Source: Lingula anatina (taxonomy: Eukaryota; Animalia; Brachiopoda). Taken from it: a stretch of 64,000 nt of DNA. A program made the translations under genes and the position numbers. Below the pieces are notes generated by a model. That model had not been told where the DNA came from. It saw only the letters and a list, made by a program, of their open reading frames with translations, and did no database searches. The stretch lies in assembly GCA_051362555.1 (NCBI GenBank), contig CM120641.1:2046001-2110000 (forward strand), read 5' to 3'. Below are positions 1 to 12,956 of the stretch, piece by piece (the first letter of the stretch is position 1; every line of letters begins with the position of its first letter).

Positions 1-183
1 AATACATTGTGTAGGTCTGTCATTGATCTCACTAGTGCAGAAATGTTTAACTTAAGGTATTCAAGATACAATTGTTCTGCATCCTCATCTTGTTTGAATT
101 ATTAGAGCAAAATATGAACTGTTTTTAACTAGTACAAGTTACTTAGTCAGCTTGTCTTGATATGCTGTCCTCTATAATGTCAG

Positions 184-3100
184 GTGACCAGAGTTGTGTT
201 ACTATGGGTCAACAACCACTTCAACGACTTTGAATCTAATCCTGCCATGAGTGAATTCTTAGAGAAATTTGAGATTATGTTAGAAAGAGAGGTAAGTAAC
301 TCTTCAAATAAAAAACCCTACTCCTATGCCTCCATTTCCTAGAAAAATCAATACATTATACTTTTAAAGTAAATTTATATCAAATATAGTGATTTAAGAT
401 TCAAAATCTTGTAGATGAAATGTTTTTAATCAAAAAATGTTTGATTTAAAAAAATTAATATTTTCTTGTTCAACAAGTCATGTTATCTATTTTAATTTTC
501 AGCGAATGATAGGGCAGTTACGACTTCTGAACATTGCATGTTCAGCTAAAGCACGGGCACGCACAATAACCCTAACCAGGTCAACAAAAGATGAAATCTT
601 ACATTTTTCTGTCCTGGGAGGGCTTGAGAGGCATTGTGGGATATTTATTTCCAAGGTTGAGAAGGGAACGAAAGCACACGAGGCTGGACTGAGGCGTGGG
701 GACCAGGTAAGCTGCATTAACTGTGCTGGTGTGACATTGTGTTGGCTGAGACAGTGTGTTAGATGTGACATTGTGCCAGTCTTCCATTTTAGATGCTGTT
801 GTGCAGAAACTATTTAGAAATAAAATGGGGTAAAGAATTAATTTGATATCAAAGGTACTTTTATATTAACTTACTTATTTTGTGTCTCATATTCTAGATC
901 CTGGAGGTAAATGGACATAATTTTGAGTTCATCACGCATAATAGAGCTCTGGAGATCCTACGTGGAACCACGCATCTCTCCATATCTGTGAAATCAAATG
1001 TGATTGGTGAGTGCAAATGTGTCTCTTTAATTATGTTTGATGAAATGCATAGGAAATGTCAATTTTTTTAAATCAAAGTGATTTTAATTATTGTATAGAT
1101 TTTTGTTAGGGATGGAAAATTATTACATGTGCAAATAAATGTGTTTGAATAATAGATGCCTGAATTAATCAAACATTCAGCAATTGATTTTAAATGTCTG
1201 TAATGGGGCATAATTCTATAGCAATGTGGTTAATGCAGTACCTCATCATAAATAGAGACCAAATTTAAGCATTTTTTTTCAAACTTTCAGCCTTCAAAGA
1301 GATGTTATACAGCAGCTCCCCCGGGCGACCAGCCAAGAAACAACAAATTGCCCAGTTACAACCAGACTTCACCCAGAAGCGGCAAGGTTCTGTGCCTGAG
1401 CTGGACCTGGGGGTTCCCCCTGTGATCTCACCGGTTAAACCCAAGAAGGGAGACAAGAAAGAAAAACCCTACGGCACAGTGGGGAAAAATGCAAAGCTAC
1501 GAAAGGCTTTGAATAAAATTAATTTATTGCCAAAGCAAAACAGGTATGTTATGATGAGGACAGTAACTCTCCTGTGGGATTGATCCATTTTGTATTTCTT
1601 TCTTTTCTGTGATGATTATACACTATATGAAAGAATTTAAACAGTAAACAATAATTTTAATAAAAGGACAGCAAAATAATAAAAGAAATATCACATTAAC
1701 ACTATTTTCTTATCCTTTAATCAGACAAATAAACATTTGTGCTAGTCAACCATATCACATATCACACAAAATGTTTTACAGGTTCTTTCAAATCTTCCAC
1801 TTTGTTTCAGTGATAGCAAACTTCAGCACAACCATTCTGACAACGATCTGACCTGTCCTCAGCGCAGTCGCCAGTCTTCCACTTCATCAGCGTCGTCCAA
1901 CACGTCTGCGCAACAACAGCAAATGAGCAACAGCAGTCCCGATATCTCAGCCACCATACTGGGGAGTTTTGCTGTCATGGATGACACGCGCAACGACTTT
2001 CCAGAACACGTGCTGAAAGTTTATCGGTCTGACCAGAGTTGTAAATATTTCCTTGTACATAGAGTAAGTGTTCCTTTTTGACAGAATTTGAGCATTTAGA
2101 ATATTGACTTATTAGTAGTACTTTTAATGTAATTTTTTAATTTTTTTTACTTGAAAAACACTTCTAAATCACTTACACTCAGAATTAAAAGAAATGTTTT
2201 AATATGGGTCTGAGTTTAATTAAGACATTTTAATCAGCTTCCTGTGTACTTGATTTGAAGCATAGCATCTGAAGTTACAAATAAAAAACTTAATTCATGC
2301 AATTAACAAAATTCCTGTGCAGACAATAATGAAGTATTTTAGCCGGAGTAAACTTTATTGTTACAGCAAACAAGTCTATTTCTTGTATAAGAATTTGTGA
2401 TGTATTTCTGTTCTAGGAAACTACTGCCAGAGAGGTGGTGATGTTAGCTCTCAGAGAATTTGGAATTACAGACCCTAGCAGGTAAATACACAGTATGATT
2501 TGTTCCCATCAGGAATGATGCTTGTATTTTAGATTAGAGCAAATATAGAAAATGCACATGTAATAGTTACATTAGACTCAAACTCTGAATACAGTATTTT
2601 GATTCTAAGAACAAGTGCAATTAAAGCTTCATATTTGTTATTATATTGTGTGAAACTTTTTATATATAAAAAAAATGTGCAGAGAAAACTTCTTTATCAT
2701 ACACCAAAAACCCAGTGAACCTACTACCAGTACCTTTTGCTCCTGTCCTGCTTGTGTGCTGCCACCTATATTGTGTTTTTAATTCAGTTCCACCTTGCTC
2801 TACTGTAGTAACTACTCGCTGTGTGAGGTCACTGTGGAGAATGAAGGGTTTATCAAACAGAAGAGACTACCAGAGCAGCTCACCAATCTTCCAGAAAGGA
2901 TCAACTTAAATGGAAGGTAGGATATGGCTTTTGATATGTAGCTTGAACAATTATTGTGCTGAAAAACACTTCTTGTCATTAGTGGTATATCTGTTTCAGT
3001 TCAGAATGAAAGTTTGGAAAAAAGAAAACATATCAGTGCTGTTCAGCTATTTCAGTTCAATTAACATAAAAGGATTTAGATGTTCTTAACTTTCCTATGA

Positions 3101-6100
3101 GAATTTACCTCAAGTTAGTAACTATTGTATAAAATGAACGAAACAAATTGAGATAACTGTTGAAAGTTAAACTGTATTCATAATGCTCAAATCAATAGTA
3201 CACCATGTCAGCTACAACATATATAACCCTTTAATTCAAAACCCTAATCCAAAGTATTTTACGTCCTACCTGCAGGTACTACTTAAAGAACAATATGAGC
3301 ACGGAGACACTAGTTCCAGACGAGCTGGCCAGTGAGCTGATGAAAGAGGGCCAGATTAGCTTCCTCCAGTTGAAGAGTATAGAGATCGCCACCCAGCTCA
3401 CCCTGGAAGACTTCCATATATTTGCCAACATCGAGGCTACAGAGTATATAGATGATCTTTTTGATCTTCCATCTAAATATGGCACGCCTAATATATTGCA
3501 GTTTCAGGAGGTGAGATATATTGGTTCCCTGTTGGTTTGTTTTAACTTGACTCATTGTGTATCTTTATTGGTTGTTTAGATATCTGTCTATAAAAATGTA
3601 TCATATTCTGTCTTTGATGGAACAGTGTAACTAAGTGTTTTAATAATAAAAAAACTTTTAGCTGATATCTGTAGGATGACGGAAAAGGATGTTTGGCAAG
3701 TTAATTGATGAATAGAACAAACGGGATGAAGAAAAAATTTCACAGTGGTTTAGGAAGATAAAAGATTATAACAGGCATTTGATTGCTATAATTATCTATG
3801 TTAAAGACAGTTCAGATTGCACCGCACAAAGTAAAAAAAAAATTGTTCAATTCTGTTCCAGCTGGTGAACAGGGAAATGTTCTGGGTGACCACAGAAGTC
3901 GTCCGAGAAACTAACATCATCAAGAGGATGAAAATAATCAAACATTTTATCAAAATAGCAAGTGAGTAGGAACAGCACGGAGAGGGTGATTGAGCTTAGC
4001 ACATTATTGCTAGAGCTGCCTCAGGCTACATCATCACCAATGTACAGACCTAGCTGCTATTTCTTGTTATTGTCTGATATGCTTTACAGTGTTAAGAAGG
4101 TTGATTGTCGTCAGAGATGAAACATATTTTATTAATGGCTAAAGTACCATTTATTTTTGCCTATCCAACTCCATCTCAATATTGTATTGTTAATTCAAAA
4201 ATTAAATCTTTAATTTAATTTTTCCACAGGGCATTGTAAAGAATGTAAAAACTTTAACTCAATGTTTGCCATACTAAGTGGACTGGGTCATGGGTCAGTG
4301 CAGAGACTACGGACAACATGGGACAAACTGCCCAATAAATATGTCAAAATATACGAGGTCAGTGATAGATATCTGCTGTTTGCTGTTTACAGTGTAAAAT
4401 AGATTAAATTTTAATTTTTAAGTTGGTTTTCTTAAAAATCAGTCGGAAAAGGAAATAATAGGTGATAGATAAAAAATTTCAAATGTCTTACTAGGTATCC
4501 TAGATAATAAGTACAATATGTTAATTTAAATGAATAGAAAGTTTGCTTCCAAAAAGTTCTAGAAACCTTAAATAGTTTCCATACATCCATCCATGTCCAA
4601 TTCTCATGACTCCATTGTTTCCTTTGTTTAGGACCTCCAAACAATAATGGATCCCTCAAGAAACATGGCCAAGTACAGGAATCTCATCAACTCTGAGCTG
4701 GTGCAGCCTCCTTTGGTAAGTAACTGGTTTTCTACAACTGATTTTTGCTTCCCTTGTGGTCAGCCCTGGCATATCTAACATGTTGCCTGCCACATGGGGA
4801 TGAAGTACTTTACTCAGAGATGAGAATCTTTTGTAGGGTTTCATCTTTGTTTTTGTGTGTGTTAAAAAGGACATAAGAAGTTGCTGGCCATTGTATGAAA
4901 TGTTCAGTACAGGAGGTTTAAGGAAAGAGAAAGGTCTCTTTTTTTTTAAAAAATCTGTCTCTGTTTCCATTGCTGTCCTCCCCACAGACTGTCTAGCAGA
5001 TGACAGAGATGTGAGATGGAGACACGCGGTTAGTCTACATTTTTTTAATCAATTTTACAACATGTTTTGTATTTCCATCAGATCCCCTTATTCCCCATTG
5101 TGAAGAAGGACCTGACCTTCATTCACCTGGGCAATGACTCCAAGGTAGACGGCCTGGTGAACTTTGAGAAACTAAGAATGATCGCAAAAGAAGTGAGGCA
5201 CTTGTGTCTTATGGCATCTGCACCATATGTAAGTGTTTCCTTTTTTTGTTTAAATTGGATTATTGTTCTAGGCTTCAGTTTCCAGTGGATATTGTACTTA
5301 AGTATACAAATCTTAATAAAAAATAGCTCATTGTTAGTAAATACACCACAGTGACTGTGGAATAGTTTAAAAATATGCTCAGCTTTAGCTAAATGAACTG
5401 TTTTCAGCAGTATTCCAGGAAATGCTGATATTTTTCTGTATGTGGTACATTTAAAAATGTAACACTTTTCTAAGAACTACTTTAATAGGGTTTCCAGGAT
5501 TCCAATTTCTTTTCTAAGAATTATTTTAATTGGTTATTTTCCAGAATTTCAATTTACTTTTCTTAGAATTATTTTAATTGGTTATTTTCCAGGATTCCAG
5601 TTTACTTATCTAAGAACTATTCTAATTGGTTGTTTTCCAGGACCCCAATGCCATGTTTTTACCAGGAAGCAGTTCCGCCAGCATCTTCGCCAACAATGCT
5701 TCGGGAACAAATACCATCAAGAAGAAAACCAGGCGAAACTCAACCCTTCCAAACCCTAAGAAGATGTATGAAGAGGTACATAAATAATATATAAAAGCTA
5801 ATTTTTGTAATGGTTTTTAATTGCTCACATGATAGTATTTATTAGATTATGAAGAATTTCTGTAGTGTGCCCTCTTTTGTCAATTGTTATGGGAAAATTG
5901 AAACTGTGAATGTCAGCAGAAAAAAAAAATTACAGTTGCTTAAATCATATAATGAATGATGAGAAATTGTGCTCAATATTTTAAAAACTTTCTTTGTTAA
6001 TTATAAAATTCTACCTATAAATTATGTTAATATTTTCCCCATTAGTACCAAATGGTACGCAGAGTGAAAAACTACCTCCACAGCATGAAGATTGTTGCAG

Positions 6101-9100
6101 ATGAAGATGAATTAGATGGGCTATCACTACAATGTGAGCCACAACGTGAGTATTAATTCATTTACTTGGATTTTGAACATAGCGGTCAACTGTATTGTAG
6201 TTTGAAGGTCAAATTTTCTAGCACACACACAAAAAAAAGTTATTGGGGATGCTTTTTGATGGTAAGTCATAAAAAAACTTAGTCAATATTGAAATGTGAT
6301 CTTTATTTGCAAGCCCTTGCATCTGTTGCTTATAGATTCAAGTTAAGAAATCTGCTCACATTTTATTTTCCTCCCCTGCAGTGCCTCGTAAGAGGGACCA
6401 GTCCCCGCCTCCCCCCGCCCCCGTCAACAACGCCCAGTTACTTAACGCTAACCTGGGACCCAAGTTTGGTAAGTTTATTTGTCACTATTTCAATTTGTCA
6501 TTAATGGTTTTATAATTAATATGCAGCATGTTCAGGTGTCATTTTGTCATTGTGTTTCTTTTTATATTTCTATTTATGAATGACATTTAACCCCAATTAA
6601 TTTTTTTAGCATCCATAGATGAGCTGTTATTATGATTCATATATGTTTTTTTAATTAGAAATATGCTAAACTGTATATTTCTTAACTGTATTCAGTAAAC
6701 TTTTATAATGGGTGGATGTATTGTAGTTTTGGTTACAGTTAATAACATAGTAGCTGAGTGAGAGGTTCACCTTGATGTCATTGTTGTTGTATAGGTGCTA
6801 AATCCCCAGACGCTGTCCGCAAACTGCTTTCTCTCTCAGAAGACAAAGTGCGCCCACATAACCCGAAACATCCAACGTTAAAATTAAATAGTCCCGGTAA
6901 CCAGAGGCGTTTGCCCCTCTCCCCACAACCTGGCAGACTTAAACACACACATCTGTCTCCAGAGAGCTCTTCAGTGGTCAGCCTTAGTAGTATAGCAATG
7001 AGAAAATCACATACCTCAGGTAAGGGTAATACACTGAAGGTGGCAGCACTGGTTAGTGGCTCTTTGCATGTGCAGACATTTGCTGGCTACTGTACACAAG
7101 ATGGCAGCACTGCAGAATGTTACTGATCACCTGCTGCCACCTATTGTTTTGTATTAGTCTTTCCAAATGAAATAAAAGATGGATTTTTCAGTGGATTAGG
7201 TGTCTTGTTGGACTGTTAGTAACTGGTTATTGTCTTGCTGATTCTTTTGCATGCCTTGGGTGTTGCTAGGTTTGAATAATACTGAAAACTTATTCTCTGA
7301 TAAAAGAAATTATTGGTTCTAAATGAATGAGTTACTGTACTTACAAAATTGGCATTGATAGGTTGATTTTCTTCAACATTAGCATTGGACATTCTAATTG
7401 GCTGGGTATAAAGAATTTATTGGTAACTCAAACTCAATCACCGATCATTTGCATACAGCAGTAATAAATTCAGGACCAGTATGACTAAAATCATTTCTGA
7501 CTTCCAGGTTCTATTGGATCAGCAGATTCTTCCAGCCCTCCAACCAATCACCATCATTTATATGAGACAGACTCTGGACACAACAGCATAGCGTCTTCCA
7601 ACTTTGACAGCCACAGTACCAGTTCTGTAGGCTCTGCACATTCCCCGCCTTCACAGAGGCATCTGTCCAATCAGCACAGTAAGTTGACATATTCCCCGCC
7701 TTCAAAGAGGCATCTTTCCAATCAGCACAGTAAGTTGACACATTTCCCGCCTTTACAGAGGCATCTGTCCAGTCAAGCACATAAGGTACTTCAGATATTT
7801 AAAATTGACACACTTATGATTTTGAGTTGATATTGTGTAACTTTTAATGTTTTTGGTATTTTAGAAGATGTGCCGTCTTTGTTTCTTGTTTTAAATGTGA
7901 CTTGTTCTTTGCAGTGGCACCTCACCTACAGTCCTCGCGGCCTCCTCTTCCACCCTATCATGTTGTGGTGCAGAATTCACAAGGTACGAACACATTGCTC
8001 TCCACTTATTAAAGTATGAATGTATATTATGTATGTTGCATAATTATCATTATCATCACCTTGACGTAGTTTTACACAGTAGAGTCGCTAGGTTGCATTT
8101 CAGTAGGAAAGCTTCAGTTTTCACTTGCTTAAGTAAATAAATATTTTCATATTGAAGGCCAAGGTACTTAAATTTTATGGTTTGGAAAAATCTTAATTGG
8201 ATATAAGGAGTGTTTGCCTTGCGTAAAATAGTAGAGGCATATGTTGTACTTATTATAAATTAAACCATGAAGTTACTAAACTTGGTCTCATGGTGACTGC
8301 TACTAAAATGTGCACATGATTATATATTTTGTGCTTACTGCCCTGAGGCTTCCAAGAAATGCACTGGATTTGTTTTGCAAGTCATATTTAACTAGAGGTT
8401 AGAAAAAAATGCATGCATTGCAATCCCCTAGTGTCAATGTGTCTCATGTTGCACAGTGGAGACCCCTAGGGACTAAATAGTGGTCAATGTATGCATGATT
8501 GACAGAATTTTCGATGCCAGTGAATTGGTTTCTTTTGCACAGCCATACTTTGCCCTTCTGTTAAGTTTGTTCCATCAGATTTCTTGCACCTGAAGATGCA
8601 TGATATATATTTACAGTTTCTTTAGTAGAGATTTTCAGATAATTTGTTCAAGTTCATTACAGTAATCTTTTTAAATATGCATCCCAAATTAAAGAAAAAA
8701 ATATTGTTTTCTTAAATAGAATTTAAGCATGTTTAATGCGTCTTTTGTATCATTCTGAAGGTGGTATTTACTATGGGCATGCTCCTTGAAGTAACAGCTC
8801 ACTTTATAACTGAATGATTGACATGATTCAATACATGAAGTACATATACTCATAAAAAACATATCCTAAGTATGGTGAAGTGTCCTGGATTTCCTTTGCT
8901 GTACAGTGCTGGGTGGAAATAGTAAAGAAGGTAGCATGCTACAAGACATTGGAGATATTATATTATAGCAATAAGTGGTCATGGCACAAAAATGTCTGCA
9001 TTTTCTCTTTTAATTGAATCCAAGAGCACTCAGTTGTTATTTTGTCCGTGGACTTCTTCTCTTTCAGTCTTCTCTGTCATCCTTATCTCCTAAGCATGTG

Positions 9101-11441
9101 GAAGGATTATACTCATGAATATGAAATTTATTAAAAACAACAAATTGAAAGTACCCAATGGACAAAAAGAATGCCTCTTTATCTTAACAAATTATTGAAT
9201 GGTTTTTGTGGTATATAGCTAGGGCATGGCATCTTATACTCCAGATTGGCCAATAATCATCCAATCATAGATGAGTGGTGACTGCAGCCCTTTTTTTACC
9301 CAAAATATGCATGCAGTTTATGATTGAGCCTGTTTTTCTTTCCTGAATGAGAAATCAGTTTGGATTTGAAAAGATTTCTTTCAAAATTGGTAAAATATTA
9401 AGACCGGCAATTTTTTATCTTTGAAGAAATTGCTGAGTTGGCATATTTGGCAGAAGAAGCAGAGTATATAAGCATAGAAGGTGAGATACAAGTATTATCT
9501 CCTCAGCTAGATTGAGCATTGAAATGTTTGAAACAGGGCAATAATGCTAAGCATGTGGGGAGTTCAATTAGGAAAAGTGATATATCCCATTGCGTTTGAT
9601 AAATGTATATAATTTCTTCTCTGAAGCATTTCATGTTCCAATAAATTTAGTGAATAATCTTGCTGTTGCAATCAACTTACTGAAAAGCCCCATTTTCTCA
9701 CTTTCTTTCATTCAGTTCATTGTACTTCAGTGTTGTCACAGTCATAACATCTTGGATATCAACACTAAAAAATAAAAAAAAAAAGAAATAAAAATTGCTG
9801 TACTTCACAATTCTATCTCACCTAACACATTTCCCCAGTGCAGTCACATCGGGCACTGCCTTATCTTATGCACTGTTTATATTCTACTTGAGCAGTGTAT
9901 TCCACAAGACTGTAAGACCAGTAAGTTGACCTCATTTCTCTGCATCATGGAGGCCTTTCATTTGAATCTTTTCACTTTATGTTCAGTTCCTGGATAACAA
10001 ACAGCATTTAGTTGCAGTTTCAGCTTTCTTTGATTTTGGTTACTGATTTGGGAGAGTTGCACATTTAGGGACGAGGAATATTAACGTAATGTTAGGTTTA
10101 AAAAATGATGATTTAGTTATGTCAGGGAGGGCTGAATGCATGAACTATGGCTTGGTAACAGGGACCCATGTACAGATGGTCAGGATTACTTTGCATATTT
10201 AGACTTTTGAAAATGTATTTTTTTATACAAGAATCGTCCTCAATGTTTTGGGAACCTGCATGTAGGAACAACAAATATGTGACATGATTACAGTAAATGG
10301 ACAGACACTGACATCAGATTGTCACAGTGTAATATCAATGCTGCCACAAAATTCTTAGAAAAAGACATTTTTATTTAAATATCAGTCTTACTTGGTGGAT
10401 AAAAAGCATGAGATTAGCATGAGTTATTAAAATTATTAGGGTTGTAACATTTTTCTTTCTCTTTTTTTTTTCATAATTATTATTTCTTTTTAATGCCTGG
10501 GTGTTAACTTTATTTTCTAAAAGAATTGTAATTTATGTGCTGCGCAAATGGGTTTTGACTAGAAAGGTCAGATTGTATTAGATATTGATTTAGGATGTTT
10601 TCTACCCTGTCAGTAAGACGTATGATAGTTGAACTGATAGGAAATGTAGTTCCACCTGACACACCATGAATTCAGTGTTATAGACCAAGTTTTGTAGATC
10701 AGTAAAATTACCCTTTGATAGTGTTCAGTAATGCAGATAGTTCTGTGATGTGTTTAGTAGTATGCTGGTCAGTGATCCCTAAGTCTTGTCTTTAATGAAT
10801 CTTTTTTAACCCAAGTAGTGTCATGATATACAAGGCAGACCACCTGAGTTTTTTTTAAAAAAGTGCTTAAACTGAGTAAATTGGTTAAATTAACCTGGTT
10901 TCGAATGTTTGGGCATAAAAGTTCAAACCTCCCGTTCTCTTCCATGTTTCAGGTTATCACTACCTTCAGCAGCAACAGCAGTATCTTCAGTACCACCTCC
11001 GCCCACACCACCGTCCCCCCCTGCCAGACTACCATGCAGCCACCCAGATGGCACAGCTGGCCAGACAGAAGCAGATGATCAGCAGGTCCCATTCCTTTGA
11101 AGGGGTGCCAGGTTGTTATGTGGAAGATGATGAGGATGAAGGGGAACTTGTTGATGATGGTGAGTTGAGTTTGAGATGGTGTGGACTTGTGTGGATATTT
11201 GCTTTTGAGTGTTTTGCATCAAATGGTGACAAGTGCCAGACCAAACTAGAAAGAAAGAAATGGTCATTATTTTTTTTGTATATTAGAAAAAGTGTTTGAA
11301 TAAGTATTAATTGGCCCATAACTACTATGAAATTGGACTTGCACAAAAAAAAAAAAAAAACAGCTTGCTTTAATTCTTAAAATGGGGAACTGACCTTTGT
11401 TATTTGTTATTTCAGAAGAAGAGCAAGTTTCTGCTGTATGA
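184..11441 (+). CDS. RAPGEF2: Rap guanine nucleotide exchange factor 2/6 (PDZ-GEF), 5'-truncated by the window; multi-exon
   Basis: GT-AG exons in compatible phase: 184-291 ([20 protein letters not shown]), 503-706 and 898-1006 (PDZ), 1291-1543, 1811-2063, 2417-2481, 2809-2916 ([13 protein letters not shown]...YSLCEV), 3276-3510, 3862-3961, 4230-4357, 4632-4715, 5082-5228 (CDC25, [49 protein letters not shown]), 5641-5775, 6046-6145, 6382-6468, 6795-7019, 7508-7678, 7915-7983, 10953-11159, 11416-11441. Ends in EEEQVSAV*, the RAPGEF2/6 C-terminal PDZ-binding motif. Confidence 0.95.
5465..5650 (+). repeat. 47-48 bp tandem duplication x4 spanning a RAPGEF splice acceptor
   Basis: ttcCAG motifs end at 5497, 5544, 5592 and 5640 in diverged units (taagaa.ta.tttaattggtt.ttttccag). 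The last is the productive acceptor of exon 5641-5775. Confidence 0.85.
7639..7785 (+). repeat. 51 bp tandem duplication x3 spanning a RAPGEF splice donor
   Basis: Unit ttccccgccttcacagaggcatctgtccaatcagcaca|gtaagttgaca. GT donors at 7679 and 7730; the third copy has lost the donor G. Confidence 0.9.
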
Positions 11442-12950
11442 TAGGAGGCTGTTGGTGTTCTCTCCCAGACTTCTCCACACTATGGCAGACCACGCGTGCT
11501 GAAACAACTGCATTTAGATGAGCTGCTGACATAACAGACTGCTGAAGACTTGCAGAATCACTGTCACCACCAGCAGGTGCCAAACTCTTACCCCCAGATG
11601 GTATCTCTGGTTCATAGACATTGCTTTGATCAGTGACAAACACTTGAACAAATCTGCAGAAGGATGTTCCTGTAGATTTTTACTGCCTTGACAAACCAAC
11701 TGGATGCTGCCCATACTGGTTTGACTGGTTGTGAGAGACACAACACCTAACACATTCATTATTCTAGTGGTATTGATGGTTGACATTCAGTCAGTGTGTC
11801 CAGGGTCTCAGTGGAATATGACTAAAGCTCACAGTGGAAATGTCCATGTGCCAATGACTGGTGTAGAATGCCAGCAGAGTCAGTTATTACATGCTGACAA
11901 CTTATCACTGGCAGTATGAGTTGATGTGATGACTTGGTTAATACTGTCATACTTTTAATTGTGTGATGGATGGTTTATTTTTTATTTGTCACCCTAGGTG
12001 CCAAAAGAAATGAAGTGCTTAAAGGGAATCATTTCTGTATTCTCCACCAGGCGGGGCTCACTTTTGCCCAAGAAGAGCCTGTCAAAAGATTTCTACTTAT
12101 TAAGGCAAACACTTACATAAGCCTTACACTTATTGCATTGTGATAACAATGTTTAAAAATAGTGGTTAAGAACAATATTCAGTGGCAAGGAATTACCATT
12201 ACATTTAACAGGTGGACATTAATTTTAAAAATATGTGTGCCAACTTGGTAAGTTTGGACTCTGAAATTATTTAACCGGTGATTAGATCGATTTGATCACA
12301 CTGGTGGTAAAAACTTTTTAAATTTTACAGTCAGATGAGACTGTGGCTGACTGACAATAGTGATGTGAAAGTGGCAGCCCTCTAGTATTACGTACATGCT
12401 TAGGTCGGTGAGATTTCAGTCAAGAGAGGGTAAGGTACCGACGGCTTGTACTTTGTTTTAGTCTACTTAAGTAGAGACCTGTGGTTTGAAAAGTGACTAT
12501 TTGAAACAGAGGTGTAAATGACTTGAACTACATAAATCATGGAGATAAAGAGTTGTGATGAGGGATTTTTGTGAATCATCGAAAAAGTGTAAATTGTATT
12601 ACTTATAAATCTTTAGTAAAGAAATGGTGTGACTGAGGAAAAGATCTCATTTGTATAAAAAAATTCATGTTTTTTTACTCACAGAGTTCTTCACGAAAGG
12701 TGCTGTGTCTAGTAGACCATTTAGTGTCACTGTGCTTTTATTTGACAAGTGTGATATGTGGCAGAAAGCACTGTACTGTAATCTTTTATATAGATGACTT
12801 CTCTTACCTTGGTCCCTGCTGTGTTAGGTAGGGACTTTTAAAGGCAGACTTCATTTATTCCCTTATTTAAGTAGATTTTTAATGGCATCTGCCACCCAGC
12901 ACAGGACTATGAATGGATTGTGTAAATATTGAACATCTAGATCATGTCTA

Positions 12951-12956
12951 AATAAA
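12951..12956 (+). terminator. Candidate RAPGEF polyadenylation signal
   Basis: AATAAA about 1.5 kb after the stop codon, followed by GT/T-rich tracts at 12968-12998. Confidence 0.4.

Noticed and set aside
8080-8091. 12-nt symmetric microexon (VESL) in RAPGEF
   Set aside because: The GTTGCA donor is too weak to support without reads.
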